DNA of 64,000 nt. Source: Cyanophora paradoxa CCMP329. Lineage: Eukaryota; Plantae; Glaucophyta. The notes under the pieces were generated by a model. That model ran no database searches and had not been told where the DNA came from. It saw only the letters and a list, made by a program, of their open reading frames with translations. A program made the translations under genes and the position numbers. The stretch lies in NCBI GenBank assembly GCA_004431415.1, contig QPMI01000109.1, positions 83,606-147,605 on the forward strand. Direction: 5' to 3'. Below are positions 39,625 through 53,178 of the stretch, piece by piece; the stretch's first letter is position 1; each line of letters starts with the position of its first letter.

Positions 39625-40903
39625 ATGACGCAGCGCGCGCGCCTGAAGCCGGACATGCTCGCCGGCGGGCGGGACAACCTGAGGGCGTTCGAGTACGTCG
39701 AGCCGGCGGACGGTATCGCGTCGAACCTGCTCATCATGTTTCACGGTGCGCCTTGCGCCTCTCGCGCGGACTCGGTCGCGCTCCGCGCCGCCCGCAGCGG
39801 CGCTCACCGCGAGCGCAGGGCTGGGAGACACACAGGAGAACTTCGCAAAGCTCGCAAAGCGCATGCGTCTCCCGCAGACGGCGGCGCTCGCCGTGCGGGC
39901 GCCGTTCCCGCTGCCGCTCGACATGGGCTGGTGCTGGCACGAGAGCTTCGAACAGGACGGGAGCTGTGCGTGCGGCGACGCCGCGTCTGAACCGCGCGTC
40001 TGAGTCTGGCGCAGTGATCGAGTACGTGCCCGGCGAGAAACGGCGGCTCGCGTCGCTCGCAAGGACGCGCGAGATGGTACTCGACCTGCTGGACGTCCTG
40101 CAGAACAAGTGCGGCTGGAAGCCCGGCGAGATATTCCTCTTCGGCTTCTCTCAGGCGCGCTGATGCCCACCCCGCCGCTCCGCGCCGCGCCGCGCCGCTG
40201 ACCCGCCGCACGCGCAGGGGGCGATGGCGGCTTTGGACGCGGCGCTCGCCTCCCCGCGGCCGCTTGGGGGCGTCGTCTGCATATCGCTGAACATTCTGCA
40301 GGCGAGTTCCCTGCCGGCGCCGCCCGCCGCGCCCTCCCGCCGACCTCGCCGGCACAGGAGTGGATGGACGAGCGGAAGCACAGGAAAACGCCGGCACCCG
40401 AGGCGCGCGGGGGGGCGCCGCGGGGCGGGGCGGGCGGGGGCGGAGGCTGAGGCGGAGGGGGCGGGCAGGTGGCGGCGAGCCGGGAGACGCCGGTGCTGCT
40501 CACGCACGGCGCCCTCGACGACGTCGTCGACATCGACACCGTCCGCGAGGCCGTCCGCCCGCCCCCGCCCCGCCCGCCCCGCCTCGGCCGGCCCCCACGC
40601 GGCGGCAGGTGGCGCAGCTGAAGGCGGAGGGAAGCGTGCGGAGCGCCGACCTGAACGAGTTCAGCAAGGAGCACGGCATGATTTCCAGCGAGGTGCGGGC
40701 CGAGCCGGGGTGGGCCGCGGCCCCCCGCGGCTGCTGCCGCCCTCTCATGCGGGGCGGGGGGCGGCGGCGCAGGCGGAGATGCGGGTGGTGATGGCGTTCT
40801 TCTCGAAGAACCTGAAGCTGCGGAGCGCGGCGCTGGACAAGATGGAGGGCCTCGTCGAGGTCGCCCCCGGCAAGGCCTCCGTCACCCGCGAGCCCCGGCG
40901 ATA
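39625..40903 (+). CDS. Phospholipase/carboxylesterase (alpha/beta hydrolase, acyl-protein thioesterase-like)
   Basis: Spliced MFHGLGD, LFGFSQGA (GxSxG), LLTHGALDDVV, EHG catalytic triad motifs. Confidence 0.9.
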
Positions 40904-41068
40904 GCGCCCCGCCCCGCCCCCTCGCAACACCGCTTGCACTGGGCTCGACTTCGAATTCGATTTCAAATGCAAGCGGAGGAAATAATCGGAACGAAAGGAT
41001 GCGGGGCAAGGGCGGATCGATAGCAAATCCTTGAAACGCCTGTGTAGTCTACCTGCGTAGAATAGCTA

Positions 41069-44171
<3,103 letters not shown>

Positions 44172-44533
44172 CGTTCGCAGAGTCTGGAATCGGTCGCGAG
44201 GCTGGAGACCCGGCGCCAGAAACCGGAAAGGCTGTCGAGATGAAGAGTGCGGGCTCGGCTGCGCGGCGCGCTCTGGACGGCGCCGGCGGTACCGAGCTAT
44301 CGCCCTGCTCGCCCTTCCACTGCGGGCGCTGCGCCGGGCTGCGCAGATCAACCAGCGCCGGGTTTTTTTCGAATCGGGGTACACTGTTCTCACACAAAAG
44401 GCCAGGTTCACTGCCCGAATCGCTGATGCAGGCCGCACAGTGCGTTTTCCCGACTCACTCATGCATCTCTGCCCCCTGTGGGCGGACCCGCGCGCAAGCT
44501 GAACTCTGCTCGTGCCACGCGCGCAGCACTCGT

Positions 44534-46518
44534 ATGCAGCGGGCGAGCCCGGCGTTTGTGCCGGCGCAGCTTCCGCAGATCCGGCTGCGCGCCCCGCCCT
44601 CCGTCTGGTCCTGCCATGCCGCGTGCGTCCGCCACATGATTGCGCGTTTCGCGGCCGACGGCCCCCTCGGCGCGCAGTGCTTCCCTGTGTGCGTCGGCTA
44701 GGCAATTACAGATGCACGCGCTGCCGGCGCACCGGCGGGCTGCACCGCGGTTCGAGGCCGGCACCTCGCGGCGTTTCTTCGTGTCGTGCTCCGGCGCTTC
44801 GAACGGGAGCAACGGGAGCAACGGGAGCAACGGGAAAAGCGTGAACGGCAACGGCGCGGACCTGCAGACGCTGACGCCGGCGCCGACTCGGGAGGCCGTC
44901 GCGAGCCGGCTGGAGGCGAGCATGCAGGGCGGCGGCGGCGGGGCGGGGCAGTCGGGGGCGGGCGAGGAGGGGGCGAGCGTGGTGCCGGCGAGCGGTGACA
45001 TGCTCTCGAAGAAGAGCCTCGTGTACCTCGTCCTGTGCGGCATCTTCTTCACGAACGCCGTGCGCCCGCGCCCCGCGGCCCTCCCCGCCCGCCCGCCCCT
45101 CGCCGGCCGACCCGCCCCCGCTCAGATCCTCGGGGAGCTCACGGGCGGCAAGTTCTTCGAGCTCGGGCCCCTCACGCTGAGGTCCGCCCTCCCGGGCCCC
45201 GCGCGGGGCCGCCCACGCGCCGGGCCCGGCGGGCTGACGTCGCCCGCCCGGCCGGCAGCATCGGCACGATCCAGTGGCCCGTGGTGTTCATCACGACCGA
45301 CCTCCTCAACGAGTACTACGGCTCCTCCGGTGCGCCCCGATCCCCCCCCGCGGCGCGCAGCGGAGCCCGACGTGCGCTGCGGGGCGGCGTGCGCGTGCGC
45401 AGGGGTGCGGGCGGCGACGTACGTGGCGGTGGGCCTCCTCATCTACGTCTTCGGCATCATCTTCGCCGCCATGAACGTCCCCGGTCCGCCCCCCGCGCCG
45501 CCTAGCTTGCGCGCCGGCCGCCTGCTCACCCCGTCGGGCCCCGCTCCGCTCCGGCTCGGCAGCGGCCGCGGTGAGCCCCATCACCGACGAGATGTTCACC
45601 TCGGTGTTCGGCCAGGTGCCCCCCCCCTCCCCCCCCTCCCCCCCCCCCCCCCCCCCCCCCCCCGGCCCTCGCGCTGCGCGGCGCCCCTCACCGCCTCCCC
45701 CTCTGTAGTCCCTCTGGATCATCTTCGGCTCCGTCACGGCGTTCTTCACGAGCCAGGTTCGACTCCCGCCGGCGTCGCTTTCCCGTTTCGCCCTCGAGCG
45801 CATCCTCTTCCCGCAGATCGTCGACATGCTCATCTTCCAGTTCCTGAAGGTGCATTGTACACCCCTCGAGATCGCGTACCCCGGCCGAGCGCCCCCCAGG
45901 CCGCAACGGGGGAGAAGTACCTCTGGCTCCGGGCCACCGGCTCCACCATCTTCTCCCAGGTGCGCGTACCCCGGCGGGAACGCGGGTAGAGTTTTCCCAC
46001 CCGCCTTGCAGATGATCGACAGCTTCATCGTCGGATTCCTCGCCTTCTATCTCCCCGGTACCCCAGCCTCCTCCCGCCTTCCAACCTTCTCTCACGGGTT
46101 CGGTTCCCTCCAGGCAAGTTCACCTTCCCCGAGTTCCTCTCCACGGCCGCCCAGGGGTACACCACCAAGGTCCGGCCCGCAAACGCACCCTCCACCATCT
46201 CGACGCTCGCTGATCCCTTTACTCCTTCCCGCAGCTGGCCATCGCCGTCCTGCTGACGCCCCTGATCTACGGGGCCCACGCCGTGCGGCTCCTGAATCTA
46301 TCGCTCCTTTTATTCGTAATCCCTTGAACGCCGCACCCGGCAGGTCATCGACGGGTACCTCGGGGAGGAGGCGGAGGAGATGGTCCTCAACTCGGTGCGG
46401 CCGCGTGTGCCGGCGGCGGCGGCGGCGCGGCGCGGCGGCCCTGCTCACGCCGCCCCGGCAGGTGGACCGGCCCCGGCACCTCGAGGAGCCCAAGGCCGAG
46501 CTCAAGCTCGACGACTGA
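44534..46518 (+). CDS. yhhQ: Queuosine-precursor transporter, YhhQ/DUF165 family, with an N-terminal organellar transit peptide
   Basis: Spliced WPVVFITTDLLNEYYG, GSVTAFFTSQIVDMLIF, LWLRATGSTIFSQMIDSFIV; long Ser/Arg/Ala-rich extension starting MQRASPAFVPA. Confidence 0.85.
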
Positions 46519-46564
46519 TCACGATGCCGCCGCGCCGGCCGCGGCTCGGCGGCCGGGCCGCCCC

Positions 46565-47087
46565 GCTTTTCAACGTCGGCATCGACGCCTTATGCTGTAG
46601 ATCTTTAGTCTAGATCTAGATCTTAGATGATGAAAGTTTGCATTTTATTAATATTATTTTGATGGGTGTACTACGTACTGCCAGTGGGCACTGGCCAGTG
46701 GGTGTACTGCGCATGCCAGCTGCAGGGGCTGGGCTCCTTTGTTTTGAGATCACGATCATGATGACCATCATGGCATATGTATTCAAAACATGTACAAAAC
46801 ATGATCAAAGCAATTTGAGATCTAGATGGCCCCGGCGCCGCGGCGGCCGGCACACATAAAGAAATCTCTTCATGTGTGCCGGCGGCCGGCGCCGTGCCAC
46901 GTGCACGGACGGTCACGGCGGTGCGCCCGAGCCGATCGCGAGCTTTTCAACGTCGGCATCGACGCCTTATATGCTGTAGATCTTCAGTCTAAATCTAGAT
47001 GATGTGAGTTTGTATTTCATTATTTTCATGGGTCACACACCGGGTGTACTAAGCTTTCGTTTTGTCGTTTTGTGATCACGATTATGA
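46565..47087. repeat. Diverged direct duplication in a 3' intergenic region (46565-46761 / 46942-47087)
   Basis: Both copies start GCTTTTCAACGTCGGCATCGACGCCTTAT..GCTGTAGATCTT.AGTCTA and end near TTTTG.GATCACGAT.ATGA. Confidence 0.8.
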
Positions 47088-47346
47088 GGGCGCCAACGCC
47101 GTCCGTGCCCCCATTCGGGACCTGGTCAACCCTTCCTGAGCTAGCCGGGATAATAGGCGCCCTTCTGATACCAGAGCAATATTTCAGATTCCACTCGAAT
47201 CAGCGCAGGCTTTACCTACCAGTTGTACATATCTACTAGCGTTTGCGGGGGCTTTCCATTCTACTGCTACGGCCGGGGGAGTCGCGATCGACCCCAGCTG
47301 CAGGCCACGCCCTTGACCTACGGGGGCGGCCCACGGCCCGTCGCGC

Positions 47347-48662
47347 TCAGAAGAGGCCGTTCATGTAGTCCTGCGGGGCGGTCAGGGCCTCTCGGCCAGG
47401 GGCGGGGCGGAGCGGGGCGCACGCGGATGGCCTCCTGGATCTGTTCGCGGGTGTTCATCACGAAGGGGCCGTGCTGCACCACCGGCTGCCGGGCGGGACG
47501 GCGTCAGCGAGAAGGGAGGGGCGAGAGGGGGCGAGGGGGGGCGGGGCGGACCTCGCCGATGGGCCGCCCTGCGACGATGACGAAGCGGACGCCCTTGTCG
47601 CCGGCGACGACGGGGAGCTCGTCCCCGGGGCCCAGCACCAGGCAGTGGTGCGGCAGCCCCTCGTGCCCCTCCCCCCCGAACTTGCCCGCCCCGCTCAGCA
47701 CGTACGCGAAGCCTGCGCGCGGCGCTCGGCCCCGCCCCGCCCGACGACGGGGAGGCGAGCGGGGCCGCACCCTCGAAGTCGGGCTGGACGGGCTGCACGA
47801 AGCGGGCGCCGGGCTCGAGCTTCACGTCCAGGTACATCGTCGGCGTCCGCGTGTACACTGCGCGGCCCCCGCCCCCCGTCAGGCCTCGCGGGCCCCGGCG
47901 GCGCCCTCCCCCCTCTCTCCCCGGGGCCCCGCACCCTTGGCCTCGGTGCCGAGGGACTTGCCGGCGATGACGCGCACGGTGACCCCCTCGCCCTTGGCGA
48001 CCGGCACGTCCTTCGCCAGCAGCTCCTGGTACCCGGCTGCGCGAGGAGGTGAGGGGGGGAGGGGCGGGGGGGAGGGCCGCTCGGTCTCCGCGCACCCTCG
48101 CACATCTTATCAGAGGACTTGAGGTTGACCCAGAGCTGCGCGCCGGTCAGTGCTCGGACGGGGCTGGCGGGCCGGGGGGGCGGGCGGGCCTGGAGGCCGT
48201 GGTTGACGCCGTTGGTGGCCGGCATCTCGGAGTGGATGATGCCCCGCCCCGCCGTCATCCACTGCAGGTCAAGCGGCCCGATCGTCCCGCTGTGGCCCTG
48301 CCCCGCCCCGCCCTCAGCGGCGGCGGCGCGCCGGGCGGCGGGGACGGGGACCTTGTTGTCGCGGTGCGTGAAGGCGCCGTCGAGCATGTAGGTGACGGTC
48401 TCGAAGCCGCGGTGCGGGTGGTCGGGGAAGCCGGCCGGCGGCTCCACGAAGAACTCGTCCAGCATGAGGAAGGGGTCCAGCTGCCGCAGCTGCCGCGTCC
48501 CGATCGTCCGCCGCACCCGCGCCCCGTCCCCGTCCATCTGCTCGACCGCTGCCGGCGAGTGGGCGCAACTCAGCTTAGTGAACGCGCGGCGCCGCGCCCG
48601 CGCGCCGCACGGAGGCGCGCACCTTCGAAGCTCTGCTTGATGCTGCGGGCTGTGGGCGCCAT
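47347..48662 (-). CDS. PIR: Pirin
   Basis: LDPFLMLDEF, GFPDHPHRGFETVTY, LQWMTAGRGIIHSEMP, GLQLWVNL, EPVVQHGPFVMNT. Confidence 0.97.
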
Positions 48663-49160
48663 GGATGAGAACTTGGCGAGCTCGGGAGTAGTGAATGCCG
48701 CGGAGTGATCGTCGGGGCTTGCCGCGGAGGCGAAGGTGCGTGCGATGAGGAGACCGAACGCGAAGGTGGCGGCCGACGCCGGTGCACGTGCGGAGCGAGG
48801 ACGGCGGCTCGCGGAGATCGGTCGGGCGGATGCTGAGAGAGCGCTGCGGCTGAGGGACGCGGCGGAAGTCAGGCGGTGCGCTAGCAGTCCGGCTGGGTGG
48901 CAAGCGAATGCTGGCATACGCTGGAGAGTGAGCGCTCGAGTGCGGCCGCCGCTACCTCGTCCCGCGACCAAAAATGTCGTCGGCAACGCAACTGCGCAGC
49001 TGTGGCCGGTACGTCTGGCGCGTTGGTTGGTGAACTTGCCGATTTACGTCGTTTGCGTCTTCCGGGGGGAACAACCGGCTGAGGGGGGGGCAAACGGGGG
49101 ATACCCTCACCAAGCGCATTCAGCTAGCGAACCCACGGCCGGAGCCAGTTGCGGCTCCCG

Positions 49161-49786
49161 CGGCCCGCCGGCCGACTGGGAGCGCCGAGCAGCGATGGCT
49201 GAGCAAGAGGCAGCTTTAATCCTTGACCTGCCGGGTGCGCGTTCGAAAATTCGTTCGATCAGTTCCACGGCCCGCCGGCCGACTGGAAGCGTCGGGCAGC
49301 GATGGAGGAGCACGAAGCTGCTTCGATTCGCGACCTGCCGGGTGCGCGCTCGAAAATTCGTTCAGCTCCACATGTGTACAGCGCCTGCCCGGCCCGCCGC
49401 GCCGGCCGACTGGAAGCGTCGGGCAGCGATGGACGAGCGCGAAGCTGCGCATACTTCGATTCTCGACCTGCCGGGTGCGCGTTCTAACTCCGCTACGAAC
49501 TCCGCTAGCGCTCGGCATTTCCGCCGCCCCTTCGCTTCGAATTCCGGCTCATGATCATGATCACATTCGAATTCTTACGTATGTGTACTTTTTCTTTCGA
49601 TTCTGCGTCACAGATGATGTGATCTTGCTGGTGATGGAGAAAGTGGCGGCGGTCAGCGGGACGAAAGCCGCTCTGCTGGGCCTGGCCTCGGCGTGGGGCC
49701 GCTTTCGAGTGCTCGCGTACGGGGAGAGCTCCAAGCTGTTCGATGAGCCTGTTTTCGTCGGCGAAAGTTCTCCGGAGGAGCTCGAG
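49161..49786 (+). pseudogene. Truncated F-box gene with a triplicated first exon
   Basis: Three tandem units (ATG at 49195, 49302, 49429) each end GAC CTG CCG G|GTGCGC in the same phase. One acceptor (CAG 49611-49613) gives ...DLP-DDVILLVMEKV...LASAWGRFR. No further exon found before the AT-rich junction at ~49960. Confidence 0.7.
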
Positions 49787-50242
49787 GTGAGCCTGCAGAT
49801 GTTCGTGGGATATCGATCATTTTCGTCGCGATCGGCGATCTTTCCTCGTGCCACGGTGGCCCGCGGCCGTGCGTGGCCGCGGCCGGCGCCGCTTCACGAC
49901 GCTCCCAGCCCTAGACTCTTCTTTAGGATTCGAAGATTCCTGCCTCCGCCCACGAGCTAGCTGCTTTAATTTATTTTAATTTTATAAGAATTTGTTTTGG
50001 TGAATTACCGGCACACGTGGGCGATATATTCCTATATAGGTGGGCCTTTGTGAAGCGTTGAGCTCTCGAGCTTGCCCCTTCGCTGTCAATGCATTGTTAA
50101 CCCTCGGAGGTTGCATGAGTCACGCGTCGCGGAGGTTTGGGTGTTATATTGCGATCAGGTACACGCTGCACTAACAGGGGGGCTAGCACTAACCGACGCG
50201 GGGAGTAACAGCCGGTGTACCCCTCGGGGGGCCTCCCGGCCT

Positions 50243-51022
50243 CTAACGATGCTCAGGCTCTAACTGAATGCTGTACCCCCCGCTGTTACTGCCCGAACCT
50301 TCCGAACTTGCGTAATTCGGCCTCGCCCTGTACCCAGTGGCTGGTGTCGTCCATCCATTCGCGTACCTCCCTCTGACGCTTGAGTGACTCACGCTGCTCG
50401 GGGTAGGGGAGGGGGGCCTTCGAGGCGGGGTGGGGAAGGGGTACGGTGGCAAAATTCAGCCACTCGGGGGTATGCCGAATTCGCCGTGAACGATCCTCTG
50501 CGGTGTGAAATACCGGTCGCTGCTCACGGCCAAGTGGAAGAACGCGCTCCTGAGCCCGGAGAGGAAGCGTGGTTGCATGAATGGCTGCTGGAGGGACTCG
50601 TCGCGCCAGGGGGCTACGAAATCAATGATACGCTGCTGTACCTGCGCGGGCAGGGCAAGGATCTGGCTCTTGCGGTTCGCAAAGGCCGTCCACAGCGCTT
50701 GCAGGTCGGCCCAATCGCCGTTCAGATCCCTGCGTTCGCGCCTCAGGTACGATCTCGGGTTCTCTGTCATACCCATCAAGCCCGCGGCCCTGATCATCTC
50801 CCTGTCCGGGAGCTCTCGCTCGTCGTGGAATTCGTCTCTAATCCAGCGCACAAGGTAGAGCACGCGCTCCATGAAGTTCTCCGCCGGCGAGCCGCCCCCT
50901 GAGGACGTGCGCCTCCCCTCCAGCACTGCGTTCGCATCCTCCAAGTCCACGTTCCGCTGTCGAATCTCCCCGTCCAGGTCGCCGTTGTTGTACAGCACGT
51001 CGGACTCGCGTGTTCGCGCCAT
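50243..51022 (-). CDS. Element ORFan A with an in-frame TGA at 50456-50458
   Basis: MARTRESDVLYNNG...LQALWTAFANRKSQILALPAQVQQRIIDF...GIPPSG*ILPPYPFPTPP; the frame stays open to 50243. Confidence 0.6.
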
Positions 51023-51056
51023 GCTCGCGGCTCGGTGAGAATTTATACCTGTACCC

Positions 51057-51787
51057 CTACTCGCGGTCGGGGTATCGAGGGCCTGGCAGCCTCGCGCGCT
51101 TCCGCAGCTCGGCCTCGTCTGGCGACCAGCTCGTCGGATCATTGCTGTACTCCATCCACCTGCGAATCTGACCCTCCCGCAGTATCTCTTGGCGCTGCTC
51201 CGCCGTGGGCGCCGGTGGGCCGTACGGTGGGCCGGCAGGCGTCAGTTTTCTATACTTGTATCTCTTGAACCGTTCTTCCATATTGTCTTGTTCTTCGTCC
51301 CATCCTTCAGGGATCAAATCCGATGGGGGACATAGGGTACCACCCATTCATCTTCCTTGTTTTTGGCGTGGTGAACGAAGCCTTGGAAGTAGTGCTTCAA
51401 AATATTGAGCGGGCGATTGATGATCTCCGTGCGAGTGCCCGCATTCAGGAAGAGATCCAGTATAACTCTCTGAACGTCTTGGGGCAGGTAGGTCATGGGG
51501 CTCTTGCGCGAGCCGAACGCCCACCAGAGCTTGCGAAGTTCATCGCGAACCCTGCCCATGTCGTCCCTGTGTTCGATTTCGTACACCGGCGGCTCATACG
51601 TTCGGATGTCTACCCTGGACCCGAGGCCTCTGCGTGCCACATCGCGCAAATACGTCGCAGCCATGCCCCCGTCTCGCATTGTATTGGGGATCTCTTCTTT
51701 CACCCAGCCGATCAGCCCGTTTACCTGCTTAGTGTAATCTCGGATGTACCCCGATAGCGGTGGGAGGGTAGTCTGATTATCAGACAT
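51057..51787 (-). CDS. Element ORFan B, paralogue of A; probable frameshift in a C5 run at 51325-51329
   Basis: MSDNQTTLPPLSG...LRKLWWAFGSRKSPMTYLPQDVQRVILDL; one extra C joins ORF 51314-51799 to ORF 51057-51347. Confidence 0.6.
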
Positions 51788-51837
51788 ATGCATTCGCACA
51801 CATCAAGAAATTCTAAACGCTACTGCGAGGCTAAGCT

Positions 51838-52503
51838 ATGCATACCGATACAGATTGCGAGACTTGCGAGAACTTACAACAGGGGAGCGCGGCGTGGCAC
51901 GCGGCGCGCCGTGAAAAACTAACTGCATCTAATTTTGCGGCTGCGTGCGGTATAAACCCCTGGAAATCCAGGGCCCGCCTGTGGGCGGAGCTAAGCGGGA
52001 TAGCGGAGGAAAACAACTTTGACAACCCTGCCCTAACCTACGGGCATGACTATGAGCCCTTCGCGGTCTCTCTCTACAAAACGTTGAACAATAACGTGGA
52101 CGTGCAACATACTGGATTGCACGAACATAAGGAACTGCCCTTCCTGGCGGGGAGCCCGGACGGGCTAATCGGAAACGATCGCATACTCGAAATAAAATGT
52201 CCGTACAAACAAGAACTCTACGACAAGGTTCCTACCTATTACATGACGCAGCTGCAAGGACTTTTAGACATAACGGGCCGCGAGTGGGCCGAACTTTTTT
52301 GCTTCACGCCTCTGCGCGTGCAACCGTGGTACGTCAGACGGGACGAGAGGTACATCGAGCTCATGCGGCGGTGCTTACATCTATTTTGGATGCACGTGAA
52401 GGCTGGAACTCCGCCCGAGCCCTACAGCGATCGAATGAAGTCAGAGAACCTCAGCGAGGAGCAGGCGGCGCTGCGCGAGTTTAAGTCGTACGCCCTCCTC
52501 TAG
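51838..52503 (+). CDS. YqaJ-like viral recombinase / lambda-type alkaline exonuclease
   Basis: QGSAAWHAARREKLTASNF, YGHDYEP, LAGSPDGLI, LEIKCPY, YYMTQLQ; intact and intronless. Confidence 0.93.
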   Translation: MHTDTDCETCENLQQGSAAWHAARREKLTASNFAAACGINPWKSRARLWAELSGIAEENNFDNPALTYGHDYEPFAVSLYKTLNNNVDVQHTGLHEHKELPFLAGSPDGLIGNDRILEIKCPYKQELYDKVPTYYMTQLQGLLDITGREWAELFCFTPLRVQPWYVRRDERYIELMRRCLHLFWMHVKAGTPPEPYSDRMKSENLSEEQAALREFKSYALL

Positions 52504-52751
52504 TGTCCGACCCTCTCAGATATTAATTTAAAGATCTGGGAGGGTCGGGACACGTCTCTTGGTCAGACTACTTATGTACGCCCTCCTCTAGTGTCTCGAC
52601 CCTCTCAGATATTAATTTAAAGATCTGGGAGGGTCGGGACACGTCTCTTGGTCAGACTACTTATGTACGCCCTCCCTCCTCTAGTGTCCGGACCTTTCCA
52701 ATAATCTATAAAGAAAGTAGGGAGGGTCCGGACACGTCTCTTGGTCGGACT
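52488..52751. repeat. Three tandem ~88-bp units, each with a ~50-bp AT-centred imperfect palindrome
   Basis: TGTC(C/TC)GACCCTCTCAGA-TATTAATTTAAAGA-TCTGGGAGGGTCGGGACA at 52504-52552 and 52592-52641; diverged third copy at 52685-52734. Confidence 0.93.
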
Positions 52752-53028
52752 CACCGTAGCTTGGTGTAGCTCAGGCCCAGGCGGGAAGGCGAGTCTGCAA
52801 TGAATCAGACCCCACAGGATTTGGTTGAGCTGCTCTTTGCAGGGGGCAGGAAGGCGGCCGCAGAGGGCTAGGGAGACTAGATCTAATTAGTAATCCCACA
52901 CCGCGCATGTGCAAGCGACAGAGAACGAAGTGAGTAAATGCAGATCGATGATACGGCAATCATGAGTTGTTCAGAAAAGGTCGGGACACATAGAGAGTGC
53001 ATGCCCTCACTCTCGTCCGCCCTCGCAA

Positions 53029-53077
53029 TGTCCCGACCCTCCCAGATCTTTAAATTAATATCTCAAAAGTCGAGACA
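53029..53077. repeat. Same palindrome family, opposite orientation
   Basis: TGTCCCGACCCTCCCAGATCTTTAAATTAATATCTCAAAAGTCGAGACA; an extra half-site lies at 52971-52988. Confidence 0.9.
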
Positions 53078-53178
53078 TTCATTGATCATATGCATGACGT
53101 CACTTGAATTCGCACGTTCGTATTTACACACTGGCACGCGCATCCCGTTCGCGAAGTCCACACTGTGACATCCGACAA

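Noticed and set aside
45620-45663. Long poly-C/poly-G tracts (also 3778-3798, 7334-7356, 12189-12209) as functional G-quadruplex elements
   Set aside because: They sit inside ordinary C/G-rich introns and homopolymer lengths are unreliable in assemblies.
50456-50458. TGA recoding (Trp or Sec) in the element
   Set aside because: Single instance. Other element ORFs use TGG for Trp and end in TGA, and both local tRNA-Trp genes have CCA anticodons.
52488-52751. CRISPR-like array of palindromic repeats
   Set aside because: The sequences between palindromes are repeated rather than unique spacers, there are only three units, and no cas genes are present.
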